From Sphingomonas sp. (lineage in GTDB: Bacteria > Pseudomonadota > Alphaproteobacteria > Sphingomonadales > Sphingomonadaceae), in assembly GCF_035758555.1 (NCBI RefSeq), contig NZ_DASTXI010000060.1, forward strand, positions 5,914 through 69,913: 64,000 nt of DNA, given 5' to 3'. The notes beneath the pieces were generated by a model. The model was not told the origin of the DNA, did no database searches, and saw only the letters and a program-made list of their open reading frames with translations. This document shows, one piece after another, positions 1 through 9,081 of this stretch. The translations under genes were made by a program, and so were the position numbers. The number at the start of each line of letters is the position of its first letter. Positions within the stretch are counted from its first letter, which is position 1.

Positions 1-722
1 GCGCGGGCAGCCCCTATGCGGGCGCCGCGATCGACACGCGCGTCGGCATCCTGACGGCGCTCGACCGGCGCGAGGACGCCTTGGCGCTCGCCCGGGCGAA
101 GAGCGACAGCTCGACGGCAACGCTGGCGGACATGGTGCGCGTCGGCGACCTGCTGGAAGCGCTCGACCGGCACGCCGAGGCTGCCCAGGCCTATGACCGT
201 GCCATCGCGGTTGCCGAAAAAACGCCGGACATGGCCGACAAATTGTGGAGCCTGTGGCTGCTGAGGGGCAGCGCACTCGATCAGGGCGGCAATTGGGCGG
301 AGGCGAAACCGGCGCTCGAAAAGGCGGTAAAGCTTGCCCCATTGCAGCCGGTCGCGCTCAACTATCTCGGCTATGCTCAGCTCGAGCGGCGGGAGAATGT
401 GAAGGCCGCGCTGGCGCTGATCGAGCGGGCGAGTCAGCTGAAGCCCGACGATCCCGCGATCACCGACTCGCTCGGCTGGGCGCATTACCTGGTCGGCGAC
501 GTCGCCAAGGCGATCCCCGCACTCGAAAAGGCCGTTCGCGGTCAGCCCGAGGACGCGACCCTGAACGAGCATCTGGGCGACGCCTATTGGGCTGCGGGCC
601 GCAAGTACGAAGCACGCTACGCCTGGAACGCGGCCGCGGTGCTGGCCGACAACGCCGATGTCGCCGCCCGCGCCAGGGCCAAGGCAGAGGACGGCTTCAG
701 CCCGGCACTGGCCGCGCGCTAG
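1..722 (+). CDS. Tetratricopeptide repeat protein, C-terminal part (starts before the window)
   Basis: TPR-like helices (ALNYLGY, DSLGWAHY, EHLGDAYW); this gene type usually lies just upstream of ispE in alphaproteobacteria. Confidence 0.85.
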   Translation, partial: AGSPYAGAAIDTRVGILTALDRREDALALARAKSDSSTATLADMVRVGDLLEALDRHAEAAQAYDRAIAVAEKTPDMADKLWSLWLLRGSALDQGGNWAEAKPALEKAVKLAPLQPVALNYLGYAQLERRENVKAALALIERASQLKPDDPAITDSLGWAHYLVGDVAKAIPALEKAVRGQPEDATLNEHLGDAYWAAGRKYEARYAWNAAAVLADNADVAARARAKAEDGFSPALAAR

Positions 723-751
723 AGTGAGAACGCTAAACCATTGATCATCTA

Positions 752-835
752 TCGTCATCCCGGCCTTGAGCTGGGATTCCGCTTGTTCCTTCTGAGAAAA
801 GGCAGCGGGATCCCGGCTCAAGGCCGGGGTGACGA
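752..835. repeat. CGTC-tagged palindromic REP/MITE-like repeat (family A)
   Basis: TCGTCATCCCGGCCTTGAGCTGGGA...TCCCGGCTCAAGGCCGGGGTGACGA inverted repeat; related copy at 32910-32998. Confidence 0.85.
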
Positions 836-908
836 ATGAGATATAGACTTGACCCCGCCGCGATGCGGAGTTGACCGGCTCTTAACCCGATTTGGGCAAG
901 GAACGGTC

Positions 909-1961
909 ATGAGCCGGCGAGCCTCCGTCACAAGCGACAGCCGCGCGGCGATGCTGCGGAATACGGCGGGATTCCTGCTGCCGCTGATGATCGCGACCAG
1001 TTTGGCAACGCTCGTGGCGAGCGGGGTCGACTGGCGCCATTTCTATCCGATCCTGCTGCTGTTCGTCTCGACCGCGGCGATGCTGGGCGGCATCCTCTAC
1101 ATTATCTGCCGGGGTGCGTTGCGGATAACGGGCAGAGGCAAATTCCTGTGCGCGGGCAGCGCGGCCTGGGTCGTGCTCGGCGGCTTGTGCCTGATCCTGC
1201 TGCTGCCGGGCTTCGGCGCATTCAAGCAGCTGCTGCTTGCGGAACGCGCCTTCGTCGCCGATCCGGTCATTGCCGGGATCGAGCGGGCGACGCTCGGCGT
1301 GTCGGCATGGCGTGTGACGCACGCGCTGTTCGGCGGTTTCTGGCCGACGCTGGTCATCGACCGCATCTATTCCTTCTGGTCGCTGATCTTCATGGCGTTT
1401 CCGATGGCCGTCCCATTCCTGGTGCGGGACGACCGGCGGCGCGCGCAGATGCTGATCGCCTGGGTGCTCGGCTGGTTGCTGATCGGCATGCTGGCCGCCT
1501 GGGCGTTCGCCTCCGCGGGACCCTGCTATTACAACGAGCTGGTCGGCGCCGATCCCGATTTCGCGGCTCTGACCGCGCGCCTGGGCGAGCTGGCGGCGCA
1601 GGGCCGTGCGGCCGGGCTGGAGCTCAGCAATCTCGATTTCCAGTCGATGCTGCTGAGCGCCCAGGCCTCGGGCCGATATGCGCCAGCCGGGGGTATTTCG
1701 GCCATGCCGTCGATGCACGTCGCGATGGCGACCCTGATCGCGCTGGCGGGCTGGACCGCCCGGCGATCGGTCGGGCAGGTGCTGACCGTCTATGCGGTCG
1801 TGATCTGGATCGCATCCGTCCATCTCGGCTGGCACTATGCGGCCGATGGCGTGGTCGCGGCGGCGATGATGCTCGGCGTCTGGCGCCTGTCCGGCCGGAT
1901 CGCCGAAACCATCGGTCGTCCCCCGCAGCGGCTCGCCATGCCGGAAGCTTTCGCCGCCTGA
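909..1961 (+). CDS. PAP2 superfamily membrane protein (Aur1/IPC-synthase-like subgroup)
   Basis: Multiple TM helices; motifs AGPCYY, SAMPSMHVA, VHLGWHYAADG; start uncertain. Confidence 0.8.
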   Translation: MSRRASVTSDSRAAMLRNTAGFLLPLMIATSLATLVASGVDWRHFYPILLLFVSTAAMLGGILYIICRGALRITGRGKFLCAGSAAWVVLGGLCLILLLPGFGAFKQLLLAERAFVADPVIAGIERATLGVSAWRVTHALFGGFWPTLVIDRIYSFWSLIFMAFPMAVPFLVRDDRRRAQMLIAWVLGWLLIGMLAAWAFASAGPCYYNELVGADPDFAALTARLGELAAQGRAAGLELSNLDFQSMLLSAQASGRYAPAGGISAMPSMHVAMATLIALAGWTARRSVGQVLTVYAVVIWIASVHLGWHYAADGVVAAAMMLGVWRLSGRIAETIGRPPQRLAMPEAFAA

Positions 1962-1999
1962 CGCTTGGCGTCCGCGCCTGCACGCGCCAGAAGCGCGTG

Positions 2000-2827
2000 A
2001 TGGCAAGCGCATCGGAATCCGCCCCCGCGAAAATCAACCTGGCGCTGCACGTGCGCGAGCGGCTGGCGGACGGCTATCACCGGATCGAGACGCTATTCGC
2101 GTTCGCACGCGACGGAGATCGGCTGTCGGTCCGGCCGGCCGACACGTTGTCGCTGAGCATCGAGGGCCCGTTCGCGGCAGGACTGAGCATCGGCCCCGAC
2201 AATCTCGTGCTCCGTGCCGCGGCGGCGTTGCGGCAGACCGCGAATGTGCCCGAGAGCGCGGCGCTGGTGCTGGAAAAGAACCTGCCGGTCGCCTCTGGCA
2301 TCGGCGGCGGCTCGGCCGATGCGGCGGCGGCGCTGCGGCTGCTTCGGCGCTTCTGGGGCGCCGATGTGCCGCTGGAGCCGATCGCGCGCCAGCTCGGCGC
2401 CGACGTGCCGGCCTGCCTCGCCGGCCGCACGGTGCGGGGCGAGGGCAGGGGCGACCTGCTGTCTGCGGTCCCGGCCGGCAAGCTGGGCGGCATGCCGCTG
2501 CTGCTGGTCAATCCCGGCGTGGCGATGCCGACCGGGCCCGTGTTCGCGGCGTGGGACGGCGTCGACCGCGGCCTGCTTGCCGCAGGGGACCCGCTGCAGG
2601 CGGCGCGTGCCGGGCGCAACGATCTTCAGGCCCCCGCTATCGAGATCTGTCCGATCGTCGGCGAATTGCTCGGCTGGCTGAGCGCTCAGCCCGGCACGGT
2701 GCTGGTGCGTATGTCGGGATCGGGTGCGACCTGCTTCGCCCTTTTCCAGCGGGAAGCCGATTGCGCGCGCGCAGGCGAGCAGGCCCGGCGCCGCTGGCCC
2801 TGGAGTCTCGAAACGGCACTGGCCTGA
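2000..2827 (+). CDS. ispE: 4-diphosphocytidyl-2-C-methyl-D-erythritol kinase
   Basis: APAKINLALHV, KNLPVASGIGGGSADAAA, LGADVP and RMSGSGATCF GHMP-kinase motifs. Confidence 0.95.
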   Translation: MASASESAPAKINLALHVRERLADGYHRIETLFAFARDGDRLSVRPADTLSLSIEGPFAAGLSIGPDNLVLRAAAALRQTANVPESAALVLEKNLPVASGIGGGSADAAAALRLLRRFWGADVPLEPIARQLGADVPACLAGRTVRGEGRGDLLSAVPAGKLGGMPLLLVNPGVAMPTGPVFAAWDGVDRGLLAAGDPLQAARAGRNDLQAPAIEICPIVGELLGWLSAQPGTVLVRMSGSGATCFALFQREADCARAGEQARRRWPWSLETALA

Positions 2828-2875
2828 CCCGCGCGTCCAGCTTCGGCACAGGCCGGCGCAGACTGCGCTTAGTCA

Positions 2876-2909
2876 AATCAAATACTTAGCTGTTGGCACA
2901 AGCATTGCT
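2876..2909 (+). promoter_or_regulatory. IHF site followed by sigma54 (-24/-12) promoter
   Basis: AATCAA-ATAC-TTA (2876-2888) fits WATCAAN4TTR; TGGCAC-AAGCA-TTGCT (2894-2909) fits TGGCAC-N5-TTGCW exactly. Confidence 0.7.
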
Positions 2910-3070
2910 GAACCGCAGGGCACGGATCGGCCTGCCCGCCAGCATCGCCCGTCCGTCCATGGTCCATGCGCGGCGTATCTCGCGCATGCATCGGGCATGG
3001 GGGGCGGCACCTGTTGTGCCGTTCCCCAAACCCCGTGACTTTCGCCGCGCGACGGGGCAGCAGCGCTGCC

Positions 3071-3820
3071 GTGAGCGAAGCCTATTCCATCCTGTCCGGC
3101 GATGCCGCCTCCGACCTGTTGATCGTCGTCGATCACGCCTCCCGCACCATTCCGGCCGATATCGATCTCGGTATCGATCCGGCACACACGGAAAAACATA
3201 TCGGCTGGGACATCGGCGCAGCCGATCTGGGCGGCGCGCTGTGTCGGCGGCTCGGCTGTCCCGGGCTGTTCGGCGCCGTTTCGCGGCTGGTGCTCGATTT
3301 GCACCGGGAGGAGGACAGCCCCGCGCTGATCCCCGAAGCGAGCGACGGTCACCATATTCCGGGCAATGCCGGGCTGGCAGCAACCGATCGCGCGGCGCGG
3401 ATCGCGCGCTTCTGGCGACCCTATCACGCGAGGCTGGCGGACATGGTCGCGGCGAACCGGCCGGCGCTGATCGCCGCAATCCACAGCTTCACGCCGCGAC
3501 TGGAGACTGCCGATGGCCCCGACCGCCCCTGGCAGGTCGGCATTCTCTATAATGGCGACGACCGTGCCGCCCGGATCGCGATCGCGGAGCTCCGCGCGAT
3601 GGGTTTCGAGACCGGCGACAACGAACCCTATTCGGGCAAATTGCTGAACGCGACGATGAACCTGCATGCTGAGGCGCACGGCATTCCCTATCTCGCGATC
3701 GAAGTGCGGAACGATCTGGTCCGCGATGCCGCCGGCGTGGCGCGCTGGGCGGAGGTGCTGGAGCACGTCATTGTGCACTGCCGCAACAAGCTTGCGCCGC
3801 CGGCGTCCTTTCGGACATAG
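3071..3820 (+). CDS. N-formylglutamate amidohydrolase family protein
   Basis: VDHAS, HIGWDIGA, SRLVLDL, AIHSFTP, DNEPY, IEVRNDL motifs; GTG start. Confidence 0.85.
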   Translation: MSEAYSILSGDAASDLLIVVDHASRTIPADIDLGIDPAHTEKHIGWDIGAADLGGALCRRLGCPGLFGAVSRLVLDLHREEDSPALIPEASDGHHIPGNAGLAATDRAARIARFWRPYHARLADMVAANRPALIAAIHSFTPRLETADGPDRPWQVGILYNGDDRAARIAIAELRAMGFETGDNEPYSGKLLNATMNLHAEAHGIPYLAIEVRNDLVRDAAGVARWAEVLEHVIVHCRNKLAPPASFRT

Positions 3821-3829
3821 GGCTGCGCG

Positions 3830-5551
3830 ATGAGCACGCGTTTCGACAAGAACAAGCTCCCGTCGCGCCACGTTTCGGCCGGTCCCGAGCGGGCGCCGCA
3901 TCGCAGCTATTACTACGCGATGGGGCTGGACGAAGAGGCGATCGCGCGGCCCTTCGTCGGCATCGTCTCGGCGGGGAATGACAGCGCGCCCTGCAACATC
4001 ACGCTCGACGCCCAGGCCGATGCGGCCCGCACGGGCGTGGAGGCGGGCGGCGGCATGCCGCGCCGCTTCAACACCATCACCGTCACCGACGGCATCGCGA
4101 TGGGCCATCAGGGCATGAAGGCCTCGCTGATCAGCCGTGAGGTCATTGCCGATTCGGTGGAGCTCAGCGTGCGCGGCCACTGCTATGACGCGCTGGTCGG
4201 CTTTGCGGGATGCGACAAGTCGCTGCCCGGCATGATGATGGCGATGCTGCGCCTGAACGTGCCCAGCGTGTTCGTCTATGGCGGATCGATCCTGCCCGGC
4301 AGCTTTCACGGGCATGACGTGACCGTGGTCGATGTGTTCGAGGCGGTCGGCCAGCATGCGGCCGGCAATTGCCCCTTGCGCGAGCTGATCGCGCTGGAGA
4401 AGGTCGCGTGCCCTGGGGCTGGTGCGTGCGGCGGCCAGTTCACCGCGAATACCATGGCGTGTGTCGGCGAGGCGATCGGCCTGTCGCTGCCCAACAGCAA
4501 CATGGTGCCCGCACCCTATCGCGCGCGCGACGAAGTGGCGGTGGCGGCAGGCGAGGCCGTGATGGAGCTGCTCGCGCGCAACATCCGCCCGCGCGACATC
4601 TGCACCCGTGCGGCGTTCGAGAATGCCGCGCGCGTGGTGGCAGCGACCGGCGGGTCGACCAATGCCGCGCTGCACCTGCCGGCGATGGCGAACGAAGCGG
4701 GGATCGATTTCGACCTGCACGACGTCGCCCGCATCTTCAAATCAACGCCTTACCTCGCAGACCTGAAACCCGGCGGGAAATATGTCGCGAAGGACATGTA
4801 CGAGGCCGGCGGCGTCTATATGCTGATGAAGACGATGCTGGACGGCGGCCTGCTCGACGGCGAGTGCATGACCGTGACCGGCCGCACGCTTGCCGAGAAT
4901 ATCGACCGCGTGACCTGGAACCCCGACCAGAAAGTCATCCGCGAAGTCGCCAACCCGATCACGCCGACCGGCGGTGTCGTCGGCCTGAAGGGCACGCTGG
5001 CCCCGGAAGGTGCGATCGTGAAGGTCGCGGGCATGCACCGGCTGCAATTCGAAGGCACTGCGCGCGTGTTCGATTGCGAGGAGGACGCCTTTGCCGCCGT
5101 CGAGGCGCGGCAGATCGCCGAAGGGACCGTCATCATCATCCGCTACGAAGGCCCGAAGGGCGGTCCGGGCATGCGCGAGATGCTGTCGACCACCGCCGCG
5201 CTTTATGGCCTGGGCATGGGCGAGAAGGTCGCGCTGATCACCGACGGGCGCTTTTCCGGCGGCACGCGCGGCTTCTGCATCGGCCATGTCGGCCCCGAAG
5301 CGGCGGATGGCGGTCCGATCGCGCTGGTCGAGGACGGCGACGTGATCCGCATCGATGCCGAGGCGGGCACGATCGACCTCGACGTGCCGGAAGCCGTGCT
5401 GGCCGAACGCCGCGCACGGTGGACCCCGCGCCGCAACGACTATCAGGCGGGTGCGCTCTGGCGATACGCGCAGAATGTCGGGCCGGCGTATCAGGGTGCC
5501 GTCACGCATCCGGGCGCGAAGGCCGAAACGCACATGTTTGCGGATATCTGA
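3830..5551 (+). CDS. ilvD: Dihydroxy-acid dehydratase
   Basis: [46 protein letters not shown]. Confidence 0.95.
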   Translation: MSTRFDKNKLPSRHVSAGPERAPHRSYYYAMGLDEEAIARPFVGIVSAGNDSAPCNITLDAQADAARTGVEAGGGMPRRFNTITVTDGIAMGHQGMKASLISREVIADSVELSVRGHCYDALVGFAGCDKSLPGMMMAMLRLNVPSVFVYGGSILPGSFHGHDVTVVDVFEAVGQHAAGNCPLRELIALEKVACPGAGACGGQFTANTMACVGEAIGLSLPNSNMVPAPYRARDEVAVAAGEAVMELLARNIRPRDICTRAAFENAARVVAATGGSTNAALHLPAMANEAGIDFDLHDVARIFKSTPYLADLKPGGKYVAKDMYEAGGVYMLMKTMLDGGLLDGECMTVTGRTLAENIDRVTWNPDQKVIREVANPITPTGGVVGLKGTLAPEGAIVKVAGMHRLQFEGTARVFDCEEDAFAAVEARQIAEGTVIIIRYEGPKGGPGMREMLSTTAALYGLGMGEKVALITDGRFSGGTRGFCIGHVGPEAADGGPIALVEDGDVIRIDAEAGTIDLDVPEAVLAERRARWTPRRNDYQAGALWRYAQNVGPAYQGAVTHPGAKAETHMFADI

Positions 5552-5570
5552 TCCCTCGCTAGGGGGAGAC

Positions 5571-6932
5571 ATGACCCGCCCGATCCTCACCGCTGCCGAA
5601 ATGCGCGCCGCCGAGGAGCGGGCGATCGCCGCGGGCATGCCGGTGGAGACGCTGATGGAGCGTGCGGGGCTTGGCGTCGCCGAAGCGGCCTGGCGTTATG
5701 CCGGTCCACTGCCGACCTTGGTGCTGTGCGGGCCGGGCAACAATGGCGGCGACGGCTATGTGGCGGCGCGATATCTGCGCCAGCGGGGCATGAACGTCCG
5801 GGTCGCGGCGCTGGGCGAACCGAAGGCCGGTGCCGCGGCCGCCGCATACGCGGCCTGGGCAGGGCCGGTGGTGCCGATCGAGGATGCCGCGCCCGCGCCG
5901 CTGCTGATCGATGCGCTGTTCGGCACCGGCCTCTCGCGCGGCCTGGACGAGACAGTCGCCGCGCGCCTGGCATCCCTTGCCGAGGCCGCACGCATCCGCG
6001 TCTCGGTCGACCTGCCGAGCGGCGTCGAGACCGATACCGGCGCGCTGCTGAGCCCGGTGCCGCGCTTCGACCTGACAGTCACCTTCGCGACGCTGAAGCC
6101 GGCGCACCTGCTCCAGCCCGCTGCTGCCAGATGCGGGCGGATCGTGACCGTCGATATCGGCATTTCCGCACAGGCGCAGCTAAGCGCCCTCAGCCGCCCG
6201 GACCTGCCCCCGCCCGGCCCCGAGGACCACAAATACACGCGCGGGCTGGTCGCCGTGGTCGGCGGCGCGATGCCCGGCGCGGGCGAGCTGGCGGCGCTCG
6301 CCGCCGCGCATGCCGGCGCGGGGTACGTGCTGCTGCTGGAGCCGGAGCCGCACTTCGCGCCTCCGCATGCGATCGTCCGGCGTGTTACGGCCGATCTGGG
6401 CGAGGCGCTTGCGGATAAGCGCATCGGCGCGGTGGTGGTCGGCCCGGGCCTCGGCCGCGGCGCTGGTGCCGAGCGGGCGCTCGCCGCCGCGCTGGACAGC
6501 GACCGCCCGCTGGTGATCGACGGCGATGCGCTGCATCTGCTCGCGGACTGCAAACCGGGCGCACCCGCGATCCTGACGCCGCACGAAGGCGAATTCCGCG
6601 CGATGTTTCCCGACCTCAAACAGCCTTCCAAGGTCGAGCGCGCCCGCGCTGCCGCCGCGCGGAGCGGCGCAGTCGTCGTCTACAAGGGCGCCGACACCGT
6701 CGTCGCGGCGCCCGACGGCCGCGCTGCGCTCACGGGTGAGGCGTCGACCTGGCTCTCGACCGCCGGTACCGGCGACGTGCTGTCGGGCGCGATCGGTGCA
6801 ATGCTGGCGCGCGGCCTGCCGCCATTTGAGGCGGCGCAGGCCGGCGTCTGGCTGCACGGCGAAGCAGCGCGGCGATCGGGCCGCGCGTTCCTCGCCGACG
6901 ATCTGGCCCGCCATCTGTCCGATTGCCTGTGA
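5571..6932 (+). CDS. nnr: Bifunctional NAD(P)H-hydrate epimerase/dehydratase
   Basis: LMERAG, GPGNNGGDG, DALFGTG, DLPSG, TPHEGEF, TAGTGDVL; SD GGGGAG. Confidence 0.92.
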   Translation: MTRPILTAAEMRAAEERAIAAGMPVETLMERAGLGVAEAAWRYAGPLPTLVLCGPGNNGGDGYVAARYLRQRGMNVRVAALGEPKAGAAAAAYAAWAGPVVPIEDAAPAPLLIDALFGTGLSRGLDETVAARLASLAEAARIRVSVDLPSGVETDTGALLSPVPRFDLTVTFATLKPAHLLQPAAARCGRIVTVDIGISAQAQLSALSRPDLPPPGPEDHKYTRGLVAVVGGAMPGAGELAALAAAHAGAGYVLLLEPEPHFAPPHAIVRRVTADLGEALADKRIGAVVVGPGLGRGAGAERALAAALDSDRPLVIDGDALHLLADCKPGAPAILTPHEGEFRAMFPDLKQPSKVERARAAAARSGAVVVYKGADTVVAAPDGRAALTGEASTWLSTAGTGDVLSGAIGAMLARGLPPFEAAQAGVWLHGEAARRSGRAFLADDLARHLSDCL

Positions 6933-8113
6933 CTGACCCCGATCTGATCGTCCGTGTCGCGGCGCGGGGCGACGGCGCGACCGCGGACGGCCGCTTCGCC
7001 GCGCTCGCCGCGCCGGGCGATCGGCTGCGCACCGATGGCTCGATCGAACCGGGACCGCACCACCAGCTGCCGCCATGCCGCCACTTCCCCGAATGCGGCG
7101 GCTGCCAGCTCCAGCACCTCGACGACGAAAGCTATGCCGGTTTCGTCTGCGACCGGATCGCCAGCGCACTGGAAGGGCAGGGGATGCTGCTGCCCGGTTT
7201 CGCGCCGGTCCATCTATCACCGCCACGCACGCGCCGCCGCGCCAGCCTCAGCGCGCAACGGATCGGCCGCCGCGTGTTGCTGGGGTTCAAGCAGGAGCGC
7301 AGCCACCGGATCGAGGATATGCGCGAATGCCATATCCTCCGGCCGGAGCTGTTCGCTTTGGTCGCGCCGTTAAGGGAGCTGCTCGTTACGTTGCTGCCGG
7401 ACAAGCGCGCCGCGACGGTCAAGATGGCGCTCGCCGATCAGGGCGTGGACCTGCTGATCGAAGGCGTCTCGGCCGAGACGCTCGCCGCCACGGAGGCGCT
7501 GACCGTCTTTGCCGAGCGGCACGCGCTTGCCCGGCTTTCGCTCGACGACGGCATGGGCCCGCAGACCCGCTGGGAGCCGCAGCCGGTCACGGTGACGCTC
7601 GGCGGCACGCCGGTGCCGCTACCGCACGACGCTTTCCTCCAGGCGACCGCGGACGGCGAAGCGGCGTTGGTCGCGGCTGTCCGCGAAGGCATCGGCGGTG
7701 CGGCAATCGTCGCCGACCTGTTCGCCGGCATCGGCACCTTCGCGCTCAGCCTGTCGGGTAAGCGCTACGCAGCCGAAGCCTCACGCGACGCGGTGCTGGC
7801 ACTGAAGGCGGCCGGCCGCGGCGTGTTCGTCGAGCATCGCGACCTCTACCGCCGCCCGCTCGCAACGGCCGAGCTGAACCGTTTCGAGGCAGTCGTGCTG
7901 GACCCGCCCCGCGCCGGAGCCGAAGTCCAGGCGCAGCAACTCGCCGCGTCGGCGGTGACGCGCATCGCCTATGTCTCGTGCAACCCGGCGAGCTTCGCCC
8001 GCGATGCAAAGCTGCTCGCCGCCGGCGGCTATCGGCTCGCGCGCGTAACCCCGGTCGGCCAATTCCGCTGGTCGACGCACGTCGAACTGGCCGCCCACTT
8101 CACCCGAAAATAG
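6929..8113 (+). CDS. Class I SAM-dependent RNA (uracil-5)-methyltransferase, RlmD/TrmA family
   Basis: CRHFPECGGC Fe-S motif, FLQ, DLFAGIG, DPPRAG, YVSCNP, HVE; GTGA overlap with nnr stop. Confidence 0.9.
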   Translation: MTDPDLIVRVAARGDGATADGRFAALAAPGDRLRTDGSIEPGPHHQLPPCRHFPECGGCQLQHLDDESYAGFVCDRIASALEGQGMLLPGFAPVHLSPPRTRRRASLSAQRIGRRVLLGFKQERSHRIEDMRECHILRPELFALVAPLRELLVTLLPDKRAATVKMALADQGVDLLIEGVSAETLAATEALTVFAERHALARLSLDDGMGPQTRWEPQPVTVTLGGTPVPLPHDAFLQATADGEAALVAAVREGIGGAAIVADLFAGIGTFALSLSGKRYAAEASRDAVLALKAAGRGVFVEHRDLYRRPLATAELNRFEAVVLDPPRAGAEVQAQQLAASAVTRIAYVSCNPASFARDAKLLAAGGYRLARVTPVGQFRWSTHVELAAHFTRK

Positions 8114-8156
8114 GGACAGTCCCCATTTTCCAAAAATAGGGACAGTCCCTATTTTT
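8106..8156. repeat. Tandem pair of 25-bp AT-flanked palindromes with GGGACAGTCCC core, possibly a bidirectional terminator
   Basis: GAAAATAGGGACAGTCCCCATTTTC and AAAAATAGGGACAGTCCCTATTTTT between convergent genes. Confidence 0.7.
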
Positions 8157-8169
8157 CTTCCTATTTTTC

Positions 8170-8595
8170 TCAGCCGTGCAGCAGGCGGAGCGCCGCGTGC
8201 ACCGTCAGGCCGACGAGGCAGAGGCTCGCCAGCATGAACACCGAGAACCGCACAACGATCTTGTTGACAATCGCCTGGACAAGGCTGTGGATAATTCTGA
8301 GGACAACATAAGCCCAGGCGAGCATCAGGTTCAGGCCGCCGCCAAAGTCCATCAACGCGAGGGCCAAAGCGACCGCGTAGAAGATCGTCGGCTGTTCCAT
8401 CAGATGGTTGTAATTGTCCGCCTTCCAGCGGACCTGCGGCGGCAGCGTCGCGGTCAACTCGCCGGGCGCGCGATTGGGATCGAGCGGCGTCCTGGCCGCG
8501 CGCATTGCCGGGATGCGGGTGGCGTAGAGCCACACCTGCATGACCAGCGACCAGGCGACCAGCGCGACGATCGGCGCGAGGATCGGACTATGCAT
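8170..8595 (-). CDS. MAPEG family membrane protein
   Basis: Four TM helices, NYNHLMEQPTIFY, AWAYVVLRIIHS; start overlaps stop of the upstream paralogue. Confidence 0.85.
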   Translation of the reverse strand: MHSPILAPIVALVAWSLVMQVWLYATRIPAMRAARTPLDPNRAPGELTATLPPQVRWKADNYNHLMEQPTIFYAVALALALMDFGGGLNLMLAWAYVVLRIIHSLVQAIVNKIVVRFSVFMLASLCLVGLTVHAALRLLHG

Positions 8596-9023
8596 CAGCC
8601 GAGCGTCCGGACGAGCGCCATCACCGTCAGCCCGAGCAGCGCCAGGGTGGAGGCGAGGAACAGCGGAAAGCGGAGCGAGATCCGGTTCGTCGTCACCTGT
8701 ACCAGGCTGTGCACGATGCGAATGATCACATAGGTCCAGGCAAGCGCAACGGCGACGGCGCTGACCTGCCCCAGGATCGCGAGAATGCCGACAACGGCGT
8801 AGAACAGGGTCGGCTGCTCGACCAGGTGCGTGTAATTGTGGGACTTCCAGTTGACGTTCGCCGGCAGCACCGTTTCGAGATCCTGCCCGCGTCCCCCGAC
8901 CGCCTTGGACATGTCTATCCCGGCGGCCTTCAGCGCCGGCAATCGAGTGCTCGCCATCCAGACGAGCATCACCAGCGTCCACAGCACCAGCACAGCGGCG
9001 GGCGCGAGAATATCTGCTTTCAT
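8595..9023 (-). CDS. MAPEG family membrane protein (tandem paralogue)
   Basis: NYTHLVEQPTLFY, AWTYVIIRIVHS; SD GGAGG. Confidence 0.85.
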   Translation of the reverse strand: MKADILAPAAVLVLWTLVMLVWMASTRLPALKAAGIDMSKAVGGRGQDLETVLPANVNWKSHNYTHLVEQPTLFYAVVGILAILGQVSAVAVALAWTYVIIRIVHSLVQVTTNRISLRFPLFLASTLALLGLTVMALVRTLG

Positions 9024-9081
9024 GTCATTGCCTCCCCGTTATGACGGGAACCTGCGTCAGGGGAGGGAAGCGGTCAAGCGA

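Noticed and set aside
1148-1999. N-terminal extension of the IspE ORF, and similar extensions on nnr, lysA and the MAPEG ORFs
   Set aside because: Artefacts of upstream in-frame starts overlapping real genes; starts were reassigned using SD sequences and family N-termini
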